Position numbers and translations under genes: made by a program. Under the pieces are notes generated by a model that saw only the letters and a program-made list of their open reading frames with translations, searched no databases and was not told the DNA's origin. Shown here piece by piece: positions 40,801 to 55,968 of a DNA stretch of 64,000 nt. Within the stretch, counting starts at the first letter, position 1, and each line of letters opens with the position of its first letter. The DNA lies in IMG/VR virus record IMGVR_UViG_3300045988_031640. One strand, written 5' to 3'. The stretch is from a virus.

Positions 40801-43800
40801 ATTGAGCTGGTATGTATTTTGGAAGATACTACCCATTTTTATATTCAACAAGCTAAAGCGGACCTGGTTGTGATATAATCTAAAGTTCCTATAATGTTTT
40901 ATTTACAAGATAATCATTTATACTATCTGCAAATTCTTGTCTAGGATAAGTTAATCCAAGGTCTTCCTTAAATAAAGATTTTTTAAGATCATCCAAATAA
41001 TCTCGTATTAATTCAAACCCATCTAATTCTTCGCTTTCGCCAGCAAGACTTCTTATATCAGATAATTTTGCTTTTGTTGTAAGCTAAGCTGGATTTGATG
41101 AATTAATATCAACTTTAGAATCCTCTATTTTTTTCTACAAATTAAATAGTAATTCTAAAGCTTGATTGATATTTGTACCATACTAAAATCCATATCTACT
41201 AATATCGGCTGTTGGTACATCGTAGAAATATCTCATCTTACCACCATTACCAGAGAAATCCATTCTTCCATCTTTTACTTTTCCATGGAAGTTTTCCTAT
41301 AACTTATTAGGATTATTTATTAGATATTTTATATTATCTCTAGAGTAATACTGAATAAGTGAATTTATTTCACTAAGAATATAGTTGCTAAATATCTATA
41401 TAGTACTATTAGAAAATGCTGGTGTGACAGATGACCCAATATCATTAATATCAAAACCAGTTTGTTGTGATTCTAATAAATACGAATTAGCCTGTTCGTA
41501 TATATGACGTTTTGCTGGATCATTATCATCCATCTATTCAAACCATGCATATGCAGCTCTTCCAAGTTCAAAATCATCTAATTTACTAACAGGTGTTTCT
41601 ATAGCCTCATCGTTACTATTATAAGTCACAACACTACTTTTGTTATTTAAGAATTCCTATTTAGCAAAATTCATTAATACCTTCTTAGGAGTTCCAACAA
41701 TAAGTACGTCATGTTGTAGTTTTAAATTCTTAGATGCAAGAGAGTTCCATGTCTTCTTGTCAGCCATAGTTGGGAATATAAGCTAATCAGATTCTGTCAT
41801 AAATAATTTAGACAGATAATCTTCCATAGCAGTGATACCAAAATAATCACCGCCATTCTATCTATTTCCATCCTTTAAACCAACAAAAGTATTAATTCTA
41901 ATCTAAGTACTTGGGTCAAGCTTATCAACATTATCAGAAACGTCTAAAATTATAGAATGTTCAGCATATGGGTCTTTTCTTAACTCTTTTGCTTCATCAG
42001 ACTCTTTATCATTTAAGTTTCTAATTTTATCAGAGATATAGTTATTTTGACTAATTGGATAATACATTTCTCCATTTGGTCCTTTTGCAGAAAATTCAGA
42101 TGGACTAGGATGTGCAGCATTCCAAGCAGAAGCAAGTCTTGCTATTATAGACTATGAATTATAGTTATTAAAAACCTAATCAAGGTCTTTATCAAATTCA
42201 CTTCCAAACTCAGATTGTATAATTCCTTCACCTATAGAATTTGTAAGCTACTGTCCAATTATAAAACCAAATCCACCTTTTGATTTATCTGTGCTATTAA
42301 GAGCTTTTAATAATATTTCTGCATATTGATAATCGTTTACTATCTTTTTATCAGTACCTAATGCTACAAATATATCCAAGGATTGTTTATCTTGGTCTAT
42401 TCCCAACTTATTTAAGAACTTAATAACTTGTTCTTTAACAGAAGGTTTGCCATCAATTCCTACAGTAAGTGCCTTTCTAACATAGTCTTGACTATTTACA
42501 TATTTACCATTTTTCTTTAATGTTAACTTTGTTAAAGAAGATGTTAAATCTTTTAACTCTTTGTTTCTATTGTTTACGAAAGTAGAACTAACTACAGAAC
42601 CTTTTTCTTTATCTAGTTTGATTAAACCATTTGAAGCTAAGTTTTTAGACCAATTACGAGCTATGTTACGCTGTGCTGATATAAGTGAATCATCATTAAA
42701 TCTCCACTGTCTCATTACGTCAGCAACTAACTAAAATTGATACAAACTACTATCAATATCAGAACTATCCATTATATCTTCAAATTCATCATCCTGTCTT
42801 TCAATAGGATCAGAAATCTTAAGATACATAACAGTTGGTTTACTTGAATTTATAGTAGCATACAGCTAACTCCTTAACTCAGCATCAGTACTGTTCTCTG
42901 TAGATAAAGAATCTAATTTATCTTTTAACGCCTTATAGAATACATCTGACTCAGCTCTCTTCTAAACCATTCCATATATAGAATTGTATTTATAATCTCC
43001 AGCTTTATACAATATAGTTCCATCAGTATCTTTAAGATCTTCTTCATATTTATCATCAAGGGATGATGCTTGCCATAAATCTCCAAGTATTTTAGTCCAA
43101 GCTTCATTAAAATCCCAGAATAAATTTGAACCAAATCCATCTGTTTCTTTAATTACGGTCTGAGAGCCATCTTCGTTTTCTATAACTTTATATTTTGGTA
43201 TAGAATACATAAACATTTTAACTCTCATTGCCGCATTATCTTTTTTACTTATAGATAAATCAAACTTATCAAACTCAAAGTCTTTAGCATCTTCGCGTTT
43301 TTCAGATTCATCCTATTCTTCGCCGTGTTTTATTTTAACATTAATACCGAAGTCTGAGAATGTCTCAACAAGTTTTCTACGTAAAAATTCTGGATTATCT
43401 CTTATATCTGACAACATATCTGCATATTGATCTGACTCTGTTTCGTCAATCATATCGTCTATCTTTTCAAGTATAGCTTTAAATGTCATTTGACTTCCGT
43501 CGTCATATGCTCCAGATAGCCTCTTAACTTTATCAATAGAGTCTATATTAAAATCAGATATGATTTTTCTGATAACAGATTGTAATGTGTTAAACAGATC
43601 TGTATGGTTGTCTATGTAATTAAGTTTATCCAATTCTTCTTTTGTATAGCCAGATACAGAATAGTCTATAGACTTAACGCCATTCTTATATCTATTGGCA
43701 AATTCTTTAGCAGATTCAGAATCAAGATGTTCAGAATTCTTAAAATCACCATTCTTTATAGACTTAAACAAACTTCTATAGGCAGATTTTCTTCTTGATG

Positions 43801-46800
43801 CTACTACAAAATCAAGTACATTATTAAATAACCTCTTAACTATACCAGACAAAGATCTGTCCTGTTGATCTGTTATATATTTAACAAACTCATCTGCAAG
43901 AGCTTCTTCTATCTAAAGATTAGTAGTGCCCTTCTTTTGGAATTCTTTATGTTCTTTAGCATAAGAATCCCATATTTTCTATCTTGTATGTTTGTCATTT
44001 AATAACAAGTTAACATAGTGCCAAGCCTCATGATATGTAACACCTTCACCTCCATTATTAGACAACATAATCATACCAGTTAATTCACCAGCAATCTTAT
44101 CGAGAGAAACCTGCGTAACACCAAATATCTATTCATTATCTGTACTACGCATAACTCCATTACGGACGATTATATTGTATCTATTGATTCCAAGATGATC
44201 CTAAAGCCATGTTACAGCTTTATCCTTATCAAATTTACCTTTAGACTTATTCTTAGAATAAACGCCAGTTACAGGAGTAGACCAAGTCTTATTAACACCA
44301 CCAGTAGTAAACATTAATTTACCATTGCCGTTCTTGTATAGATCTAAATGAAGATAACCATTACCAATTCTTGCCTAATTTATTAATGTTAAAGCAGTGT
44401 TTGCAGTTATACCTTCTATATTATCTATCTTATAATCAGTGCCATATTGCTTATTATATTTATCTAAGAACTCCTAAACGGTATCTTTCATTTTACCAAT
44501 AAGAGCATTTATTTGACTCTGATTAAACTTACTGAAGTTTTTATTTACATAAGCATCTGTAATATATATACGATCTTGTAATCCCCCATTAGCAGCAGCT
44601 CTTCTGTAACCCTACTCTATCTTTTGTCTATATTGTTCACGCTCCTCTTCATTTTCTGGAGACTTGAATCCCATATTTCTACGCAAAGCAATTTGCTTTT
44701 CATTAGACGTAGGTTGTGAATTGTTAAACAAATCTGGATTTATTATACTAAAGCCAGTATCTATCTACTGTGTATGTGTAATAGGTTTATTATCTTCTTG
44801 TTTAGAAGGTTTTGTTTCTTTAGTTTTTACTTCCTAAGCTGGTTGTTTATTGCTTGTATTATCAATCTTCTGATTAGTAGAACCGTCTGTAGTTGGAGCT
44901 GTTTGATTACCACCATGTGCGCCAAATCCAAATACAAATGGATCTTTAAACACATTCTGCCCAACGTCTGTGCTAATCTTCTTATTCTTAATCATCCAAG
45001 CTAATATACTAACATTCTTCTTTGGCTCAATCTTTTTACCGTTGTTAGAAAGTTTAAAGAAGTCTCCAACCTTAAATGATAGTTGCTTATTGCCAAGTAT
45101 AGATATAGATTGATCTAACTATTCTTCTAATGATAATCCAGACCCATTATAATACTTACCAATAAGATGTTGTATGAAGCCGTTTATAACAGATGTATTA
45201 TTTCCAACTTCAATAGCTTTATTCATAAATGATCTATCTGTATTCCAGTGCATCTATGTAGCTATTGCATGAACAAGAGTTTTTCTTAAGTTGATACCAT
45301 CTTCAGTATCTGCAAATATCTCTTCTGGAGAGAATGACTATAATTGGTATCCATTAAGTATAGAACCTAATCCAATATGTAATTTTACGGGTTCATCATT
45401 ACTTAACTTACCAAAGAATAACTATTTGCTTGCTAAGAAGTTCATTGGGTCTTCACCAACTTTAGGTTGATTTCTAAGAAGAGTTTTATCTCCACTGTGA
45501 ATGAAGAACTCTATTATTTCTGCAATCTTATTCTAATCTGTAGTTCCAAAATCAAATCTTCTACATAACATGTAAAGTAAGATTTCTGCAGCTGACGGTA
45601 TAGTTCCATCATTCTTAGAGTTTACAATTTCGCCAGTCTACGGATCAAATGCTAGAGCTAATTCAACATCTTCTGGAGAACCTATATACTTAGTCTTTGT
45701 TTTACCATTTTTAGTAGCAACTTCCTACGTATCAAATTTCTCCTCATGTAGCATTATAGGAACTCTTGTATCACTATTTGATAAACCTTTTACAAGCCAA
45801 TATATCTTACCAGACAAACCTTTCCCATGATAAACAACGTCTTCATCCTTTTTAAGTAATCCCTATATTAAATACTGTTCTGAAGACCCAGCAAATATAC
45901 CCTTACCATATCCTAATAATATATTTCCATTATTTAAATCTCTCTATATATCATCTATAGAAGGATCTTTGATGTCTCCGATTACTCTAAATTCATCAGT
46001 ATTATTAATAACGCCATTGCTCTACTGAACTTGCATTGGAGTAACATCTGTTCTTACTTCTGAAGGGAACTTATAAACAAGCCGTTTAACCTACTTTCCG
46101 TCCTCTGTAACGGTCTAATATTCCTTATCAAGGTATCTATTAATAATATCATTTCTAAGGCTTTCTAGAGCCTGTATTTGGTCTTTAATGGCATCTTCTG
46201 TAAGCATCTTCTTACCAGGCATCTGATAATACTTTCTTGCAAGAATCTTAAACTGTGTATGGACATTTCTCCATGTAGATAAATCTTGCTTGTAAACTGT
46301 ATTATGCTCAGACTTGTGATAATTCTTCTTTAATGGCTTATTCTTCCACCAGTTTTCAAACAATTCTTCTGGTCTACCTTGGCTTATCCACCAAGATTTA
46401 GCGAGCTCCATCTCTTTCTTATTGATGGCATTTCTTGCAAGTTTTGCTCTATCACTAAATTTCTTAGGTAATAATTGTCCAGGTTCTAATACTTTGTTAA
46501 AATCAACACCTTGAGCTACAAGTCTATCTATGATATTCTTCTTCTGAGATACTCTATATTTTGAATCTGGATCACCATTTACATCACTAACCATCTCTCC
46601 AAGAGATCTTAATGACATAGCGTATGTATGCTCATCATCTTCAAGTATAAGACTCACTGTCATAGAGTCTACATCATCGAACAATGTATTATCTCTAGCC
46701 TACAAAGACTAAGTAACAATATAATATTTCTTAGCAGATTGTAACCATCCTGGAGTTGAGAGCTTCTATGATAAAATTCTACCAGATGCTAATGGTTTAT

Positions 46801-49800
46801 TAAGTTTTACCTATTCGCCATTTACAGTAAGCTTCATAAGTTGATCTTCTCCAGTCTCTTGATCTATATCTGGATTTGGCTGATAGAAGAATGTATTGCT
46901 AACAAAACTACCTATATTAGAATTTGTTGCGTTTAATCTATACTATGGAGTTTCTGAAACAGAACCATCTGGCAGATCTTCTTGATCAAAACCATCTACT
47001 TCAGCTCTACCAAGTATTATCAATTCATCCATTAGCTGTTTTGATTGCTTCTCAGATAAAACCTCACCTTTGTATTTAACACGTCCAGTTTTACCATAAT
47101 CGTCAACATCCAACATACTTGGATCTTCTATTTCTTGGAACTAATCTTGCTCTATTACTGAAGCCTCTTCATTAGCTTTCCTTTCTTCTATTGCTAACTA
47201 TGCTTCTATAGCAGCTGCGTCTTGCTATTCAAGTTGATCATCATAGTATTCATCCTAATCATCATCAAGATTTTCCTATATATCAAGATCACTCTAATCG
47301 TCTTTATCATCAATAGTTTCTTCTAATTCATCTAACTATTGATCTGTCATATCGCCATCATCAATATTATCCTCTTCTGCATCTTCTTGAGATTTAGATT
47401 CATTAGAATTATCACGTTCGTTTTTAGGCTGATTTAAAGAAGCTTGGTTTATATTTGGTGTATTTTCCTATTCGTTATTTTTTTCATTGTCATTATGTAA
47501 TGAATCTTCGTTATTCTATTCTTCGCCTTCTTCGCCATCATATTCCTAATCACCAAGAGAATCTTCTTCATCTTCAACGATACCATTAGATAAAGAATTT
47601 AAAATATCTTTCTTTTTCTTCTTTTTTCTATCTTCTTTTTTCTTGTCTCTATGAAGATATGTTCCAGCTAATTCCTCTTCTGCAGATGAAGCCTATTGCA
47701 TTGATTCTTTAAGACTATCTTCTTCTTTTTCAGAATCCTACTATTGACTTTCTTGAAGCTGTTTTTCAATCTCTTCCTCAACCTATTTCTAATGATTATC
47801 AATCTTATCATTAGCTTCGGTATCACCATCAGCGGCATCATTCATATCCTCTTGAGATATTGGAGCATCTTGCCACATTCTATTAGCAATTCTATATCTA
47901 TGTTCAGAATCTTCTAATTCTTTTAACACAAACTTCATAGCAGCTTCTTTAGACATTTTAAACATCTATCTACGAGCGTCTTTTTTATCTACATGCTCGT
48001 CGTCTACGCCAGTCTGACCATTAACAACTTGCTGTAACTGCTTATAACCTTTAACATCGTCAGATAAGAAATCTTCAGAAGAATTTTTACCATTGATTGC
48101 ATTATTTAAAGATATTAACTCTGGAGATAAATTCTTATTACCAATAGTAGTATAAGCCTACATCACGGCTCTCTAAGGATTTAATGCAGCTCTATTTACA
48201 AAATATCTATTTATAGCCTATTGAAAATCATCATCATTGTCTAATTCGTATGATTCAATATTATCTTCAAATAAGTCGTCATAAGAATGTTTCGTTTTAC
48301 TATCTTTCTTATTTCCAAGATAATCATTCTCTCTATCTACATGTTCCTTTTCTATATCATCGAGCTCATCTATAATACCTTTTATCTTTTCGGTATCAAT
48401 ATCTAAACCCATTTCTTTGCGAACTAATTCAAGGAACGCTTTACGATCTTTTGCAATATTCTTAATATTACGAATAGACTTAAGCTATCTATATAACGAT
48501 AATATAGCAATTCTATCTTTTACAAACTATTCTTTACTATAGTTTAAATCTAACCAGTTATCTCTTGCTGCATCAATAGCTTCTTTTCTAAGCTCTTCGT
48601 CTCCCCAAATTCTAGACATAGCCTAATTTAGAGACTCTCCAGCTCTTCTTACACTATCGACGTATTGTCTTACATATTTGTTATTTATAAATCCGTTAGA
48701 GTCCTTTACAGACTGATCAAAAGTACTTCTTCTTTCAACTTCATAAGCGTTGTTTATAGCAGCTTCTCTTATCTTCTTATCATTAAAAGCTCTTGTAAGT
48801 TCTTCATCTCTTGCAGCAGCTCCTAACTTTTCACTACCAGCATGTTCTCTTACATATTCAACTACACTTTTATTTTCTTTAAATTTAGTAAAATTACTAA
48901 GACTTGAAATAAAATTATTCTTGTTTAATTCAGATTCTTCTTTAGCTTTTGCTCTTGTACTATCAAATTCATTACTCAACTTTTTAATAGTAGCAGCTAA
49001 CTTTGGATTATTTTTCTCTATATCAGCTAATTGTTCTTCAGATAAAGCTCCGTTAAACATTTCACTTATAATCTAAGATCTATCTCTATTAAAAGCGTTT
49101 ACTTCTTTTTCGTTTTGAGCAACGCCCTATTCTGACATTTGATAGTCGGTTATTCTCTTAGCACCAGTAGTTATAATGTTTTTGTATTTATCGCTAAATG
49201 GTTCTACTCCAGATTCTTTTAATGCATCTCTAAGTTCTTTATTATTATACAACTTATATGTATTCTACATAAGCTATATATCAGCATTCATATTATCTTT
49301 TGTAACAAACTCATTCTCTTGCATATTGTCTCTAAGACGAGTCATTGAAGTAATAAGCTGTTTATCAGTTATACCATTTCTAAATGCATCATAGAACATA
49401 TTGAGATGTTTCTGATCATCATAATCTTTAAAGTGTTTACCAAGTAATAAAGATGTAGTTCTATCAGCTTTCATCTATTGAGCAAGTCCACGTATATTAG
49501 TATCATCGTAAGTACCAATTGCATTTTTAGCAGAATGCATTAAACCACTTTGCATTACAGATGAGATAAAGCCAATATTCATTGCTTTACGGATCTCTTC
49601 TGTATTTAGATTCTTATCAAATGGTTTTAATCCAAAATAAGCCAATAGAGACTCTCCAGCTAATCCGACGTTATTAAACACCTCATCAACATCAAACATG
49701 TTTTGAGCCCTATTGTAATTGTCATATACACCTCTACCATATCTATCTTGAAGAATCTACTGTTGACCTTCCTCAATACCTTCAGAAATTCCTTCAAATA

Positions 49801-51832
49801 AAAGTAAGTCGGCTTTATTTTTTAGATAATTACCTAAAGACTTTGTATATAGACCTTTTGCTGCATTACTTGCAAACTTTGCAGCACTTTCAACATCTTT
49901 CTATATAAATCTGTTTGCTAATTTATCTACAGCTGAATCAAAAATACCACTAAATGTAGGTAGTGTATATTCTACTTTTGCAAAATCGCCTAATACAGCT
50001 CCTGGTAATTTTGGAGAATTTCTTAAACTTTTAGATAGCAATCTTGCAGCGCCTCTACTAAATGAGTTATTTGCAGCTGCTTCAGCAAACTTACTCATAG
50101 CTTTACCTCCAAACGAATAGAATGGAAGTGTTTGTAAATAATCTTTTACAGCAAGAGCATTATTTGCATTCACAAGTTTATTTATACCACTACGTATATC
50201 AGTTTTTGTCTATTCAAAATCCTTATCGCCTGTAAACATATTATAAGCAACACCAATAGATATAAGCTCACGCTCATCCATATCTGTTGTATCTATGCCT
50301 TTTTGATGAGCTATATACTTAATCCTATCTGTTATTTCACCTATATTTGCTCTCTTTGCTATAAGTTCAGCATACGCTCTATCTGATAAAGCCTACACCT
50401 TTTCCATTCCTGTTTCTTGCTGCCTTGATTTAACAGTGGCATCAAAACTATTAGCAACAGATACGGCTGTAGTAGCAACACCTATATATGGAATCTTTTT
50501 AGCAGCTACGTTCATTAATCCATCTATAGACATGGCGTCTATTGTATGTTTCATCATAGCTATACTTGAAGCCATTTGGACTGCAGAATACTATGGATTT
50601 AATATCATATCAACAACACTATCGCCCATCTTATCCTTAGCGTCTAAGAAAGACTTAGGTATATCTTCTGGATCATAAAACTTGCTTGTATTATTCATCC
50701 AGTGATTCTTATTACTAAGAGCAGCATCTCTAGTGTTAGACCATTCACCTAAAGTTCCATCGTATAAATAATGAGCAAGAGGAACAGCTCCAAGTAATTG
50801 CATATTTGTTAAGTATCCAGTCCTTGCTGCATATCTATCTTGATTAAGTTCTACAGTCTTTTGGTTTATTATTTTATTATACAACTTATCATATTCATTT
50901 AATCTTGTTGCATTTATACCAGTAGCGTTTTTACGATACATAAGATCAATAAGATCTTGTGGGGCTGTATTTGACTTTAATACCTCTCTTGTTATTGAAT
51001 CATCATAATAATTATTATTTGTCAAACCTACAGCATTCATAGCTTTGCCTACATAGTGCGAACCAAGTTGTATTGTATTGGTTATATAATTAGGCAGGTT
51101 ACTTATAGTGTTGCCAAATTGTTTGAATATATTACCTTGACCGAGAGAGGGTATATTTTTTAATGTAAATTCATTATTAATTCTTGATTTATTTCCAAAA
51201 TCTAAATTACTCTTATCATACATTAAATCAGCAATAACATCATGCTATCTTCCATCTCCTTTAAAATAATCATCCAATCCCTGTATTTTTTTATTAAGAT
51301 CATCAACCTTAAGTTTAAGACCTTGATAATACTCGCTATCTCTACCACCTACAAATGATTCAGCATCGTGCATTTTACCAATAACCTAATCTCTTTCGCT
51401 TACAAGGTTTGAATAATCTCGTATAAGCTAAATATCATTTAAACCCTATGCAGCGTCATCTATGTCAGCCTTATCTGAATCAGCAGCAGATTTAAGCATA
51501 TCTTGTGTTAAAGCTCTAAATGTATTTGGGAAGTCTCCAAGATGAGATATAACGCCAAATGCTGGATTTAATATAGTTGCTGCTATCTTTGAAGCATTTG
51601 ACCAGCTTATATTAGAATTAACACTAGAATCTCCATCGTCCACATATGACTAATATGCAGCTGGAGCGTTATCTATAGAAGTTACATTACTCTTATATAT
51701 CCCATTGTTGTATGGAGATGAGTAAGCTCTCTATTGAGCCTACTCATTATAATCAAATCTTGATCTCCATTCAGCAGCAGATGGAGAAGTATAAGTTTTT
51801 GTCTACTTCTGTTTACCACTATTAAATTTCAT
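34841..51832 (-). CDS. Giant multidomain protein, ~5,663 aa with TAG read as Gln, including crAss-like RNA polymerase-type motif
   Basis: All major - strand fragments 37883 to 51446 share one frame; start MKFNSGKQKQTKTYTSPSAAEW; DFDVD motif in REFTGQTGSDFDVDKLFLALKKF at 38630-38644; HEAWH at 44018-44032. Confidence 0.65.
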
Positions 51833-51841
51833 AATATATTA

Positions 51842-53920
51842 TCAATGTTGTGATGAATAATATTGTTGTTGTAACTCTCTACCAGATGCCTCTTTTGATC
51901 CGTAGACAGCCTTATCATATTCGGTATCTAATTGTCCAAAGAACTAACCGTTATTGTTATCCATTTGTCTTGAAACTGGTATTTCTACAAATATATCGTT
52001 ACTACCTTTTATATAGTTTGTAGATTGACCATTTCTATCCATAAACCTAACACCAAGTTTTTTAGCAAGATCCTCAATATTACCGCCATTCTATTCAGCG
52101 AACTATTTAAATGTATTAGCAGGTATTGATACATTTGCTACTATATCTAAAGACTAACCTTTACCCTTATTTGGAACCGCAATAGCTCCTAATCCGCTAT
52201 TACTTACAATCCAACCATTTATCTTGTTATTCTTTAAGAATCTCTAGAACTTCATACTAACACTACCATAGGTCATATTTTTACCAAGCGATACATTATG
52301 AGCTCTTACATTACCAAAATAAACCCCTCTATCAGCAAAGTTAATAACTGGATGTTTTTGTCCATATTTATTATTAGCAGCGTCTACAACATACTTTGAA
52401 TAAGTATTATTTGTTAAAGCGTTCAGTAATACTTTATTTCCATAAGAGTTTGTACTTGCTACACTATTGTAGTATGGTGAATATAATCTATTATAATCCT
52501 TAGGGTCTAATACTTTACCAGTGCTCTTACTTGTTATCTATGCTAGCTTATCAACATACATAGGTGTTACATTTCCATACTAATCTACAAGACCGTTCTT
52601 TATAGCACCCTAAAGACCTTCTTTATTTATTCTATCCCAGTATTTGTAATTCTTAACGTATGTATCATAGTTCTACTTCTAAAGATGATTCAACTTATCA
52701 TACCTTGCTTTCCAATTAGCCTATTCTTCTTTACTTAGCTTTCCATCTTTGTTTGCATCAGCCATTCCAAGTATACTATAAGCCTTCTTTAATGAATCTT
52801 GTGCAAATAAACTTGTATTCTTATGGTAAGCGTCCTAAGAAATATACTTCTGAGCTTTATTCTAATTAGAAGAATTTATCATCTACTATGTAAATGTAAG
52901 CGGTATCTACTGTTGTTCTTGAGTTTTAGCTACAGCATTACCATTTTTATCAACAGTCATGTTACTAAGCTTCCATTGTAGATATATATTATCTTTCTGA
53001 TTCTTAGCATTAATAGCAGCCATTTCTTTATCATGACCAAATCCTCTAGCTTGCATTGCAGCCTGCTGAGCGAACTGTTTATCCATTTTAGCATACTCAT
53101 TAACAGTCTTAACTGGATTAACCATCCACTCTTTATTAGCATCAGCTACATCTTTCTAAAGCTAAAGCTCAACTTGCTATTTTGTAGGATTATTAACACC
53201 ACTATCAATCAATCTCTGTTTAGCTAAATGCCTATAATAGTCTGATATTGGAGAACCAACCCATCCTGGAGTATTCCTATTAGCAACATTCTGTAAATCT
53301 CCATAAGTATAACCAGTATAATCATATGCTTTATTATATGGCATACCAAAACTTTCAACATCACTCTTAGTTAAAGAATGAGGAGTCCTGTTGTTAAACC
53401 AATCATTAGTAGCTTCTTTAAGTGTAGTAAATTGTGCAGGAGCTTGTCTTGTCCACATTCCATCTTTTAATGTATCCCAGTTATCTATAGATTTTCCACC
53501 ATTAATCCATCTTTCGTAATCGTCATTATACTTATTCTAAGACTCTAATACAGCTCTATTTTTTAAGTAATCCTAAGCCATCTTAGCTCCAGCTTTAAGC
53601 TTATTTATATCTCCAGTTGGAATATTGTTTATCCATCTATTTATGGCTGCTCTTCCTTCTGCTGATCTCAATGGATCTATTCCTTTGTTATATAAACCAT
53701 TTATAACATCTCTAGATCCATTTATAATATTTTTATTATACCAATCCATATCTTTTTGAATTGGACTATAAAAATCCCCGTAATCTTTCTGGAATTCCTT
53801 TACCTACTATTGACCTTTCTCATACATATCTCTTGCTGCATTTATAGACGCAAGCATTATCTAAGAATCATATAAGTCTTTAACAGGTAATTGAATCCAC
53901 TAATCTCTTGAATATACCAT
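51842..53920 (-). CDS. Virion/ejection protein, ~692 aa (TAG as Gln)
   Basis: MVYSRDQWIQLPVKDLYDSQIMLASINAAREMYEKGQQQVKEF...; TAG-interrupted single frame; tandem TGA-TAA stop. Confidence 0.65.
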
Positions 53921-53925
53921 AATTA

Positions 53926-55968
53926 TTAAAACATGTTATTCCACTTATGATAACTTATAGGTGGCATTTGTGTAAAGTTAGTAATATAATTTGCTGGAGT
54001 ATACGCATAGTTCTCAACATTTGTAGTTGGATAACCATAAGTTCTAACAGCTGTTCTTGTAGGCACTGTTGTATATACAGGAGTAGTAGCGTTTGATTCT
54101 TTATCATAGTATTTACGCATATTCTCTCTATCCATATTTACTTTCTGTTGATATAAACTCAACATTCCATTACCAGTCTTTCTCTTATACTCATTTGCAG
54201 CATATTGCTGTATATAATCCATAAAGTTTCTAAGACCCATCTACATGCCCTATTGTCTTGCAGCATGTGCCTGAGAAGCATATTCTGTATTATACTGATT
54301 AGCTTGTTGTCTACGCTGTGCTGTCTGGCTACCTAAATTAGAAGCCATCTCAGCCCATCTACTTCTATACTGATTATTTATCTCCTGTGCCTTCTGAATA
54401 GTATCAGCTATATTCTGTTGAGTAGAAACTCCAGCAGCAATATTTGCTAAATATTTCTAAGCTCCACTTAAACCACCAGCTCTGTTGATATTATATCTAT
54501 TCATGCTTTCCTGGTCGTAAATCTTCTGTATTGCTCTGTAAGGGTTTACTCTAAGCTTAGCAATCTCATTTAATGCTGCTTGTTCATATGGATTACCAGC
54601 ATAAATGTCTGGAGTATGAATAGACTAATTCTTAGCATTGAAATACTAACCAACGCTTGACAACATTCCAATTCCCATAGGAACTGCATTACTCATCCAG
54701 CTTGCTGGTTCTATGTAACCATAATTTGATCCGTTATAACCTCCTTTAAATCCAGGTAAATTTCCTTCTGTGTACATTTGTCCCTATTGTTGATGTTGCA
54801 TAGCCTGTTGGTCAGATAAATCTTTCAACTTATCAACTATTGGCTATTTAATTTTATTAACTTGTTCCTATTGAAATTTATCGCTATCCTAACCAAGTTT
54901 ACCTCTAAGTTTATTTAGCTTATCATTAGTGCGATTTTCGTACTTCTTATTTATCTTTTCTAAAGCCAACGTGTATGGCATTGATTGATCTTTGAACGAC
55001 ATTCCATTTCTCCAATCTATATCCTAACCAAGAACTATTGTGTTATTCTGTAAGTTAGCAAGATTTGTATCCTTTCCAGGAGTACCAGTCTTTACTACAT
55101 GTCCAGTTGTATTACTAACATCATTTATGTTGTCTATAATACTTTCACCAGCAGCTACTCTTGCATTAGGATTAGTATCTGTCTTTCCTAAAGATGTTAA
55201 TACGTTTCTACTTGAGATGTTTTCAGATCCTTTATAACCAGCATCCTTTCCACGCTTAGCATATAAGACATCATCTTGCGTAGTACCATTTTCATTGTAA
55301 TATTGGTTAGCAATATAATCAGACTGTGCTGCAGATTGGTTATATCCATTAATATTTATTCCTTTAATACGAGCTTCTTCAAGACGTCTTTGCATCTTTC
55401 TCTTTCTATGAGCGCCGCCAAACAAACCAGTTATAAAGCCTCCTACAGCACCGATAGCGCCACCAACCACAGATCCGATTGGTCCAACAATAGATCCTAC
55501 AGACGCTCCTAAAGAAGCTCCAGTAGCTGTAGTTTTTAATGTAGCAGCTTGACTTTCTTTTCTTACTTCAGTTAACTGTTTATCGTAGTCTACATCATTA
55601 ACTTTCTGGTAACCATATCCAATTCCATTTGAATACGAAGTTCCAGATTCATCTAATATATTACTTGCGCTCTTAACTCCAGCAAATGCATTACCTATAC
55701 TACTTCCGAACGCTATTCCAGATGAAAGTATATTACCAGCATTTCCTGCAAGCCTACCTCCAATTCCAGATCCTTGCATACTAATTGGAGCTCTATACTA
55801 CTCTAATCCAGTTGGTCTTTGTATACTTCCAGGAATACCTACTTGGTTTGCTAAATTAGAATTTTGCCAAAATGGAGTATAATCTCCTGGAGGCAAAGCC
55901 ATTCCATTTGTACCAGTAACAAACCCTGGAAGATATTTATAATTTATTCTTTTATTTCTTAACTCCAT
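53926..55968 (-). CDS. Virion protein, ~680 aa (TAG as Gln), Gln/Gly-rich with glycine-zipper region
   Basis: MELRNKRINYKYLPGFVTGTNGMALPPGDYTPFWQNSN...; GASLGASVGSIVGPIGSVVGGAIGAVGGFITGLFGG. Confidence 0.7.

Noticed and set aside
42925-43140. Overlapping - strand ORFs in other frames (42925, 52957, 37516)
   Set aside because: Out of frame with the continuous TAG-interrupted genes that cover the same DNA.
44774-45004. Short + strand ORFs in the late arm (e.g. 30780, 33681, 44774, 48750, 57787, 60229)
   Set aside because: They lie opposite code-15 reading frames and have low-complexity hydrophobic composition.
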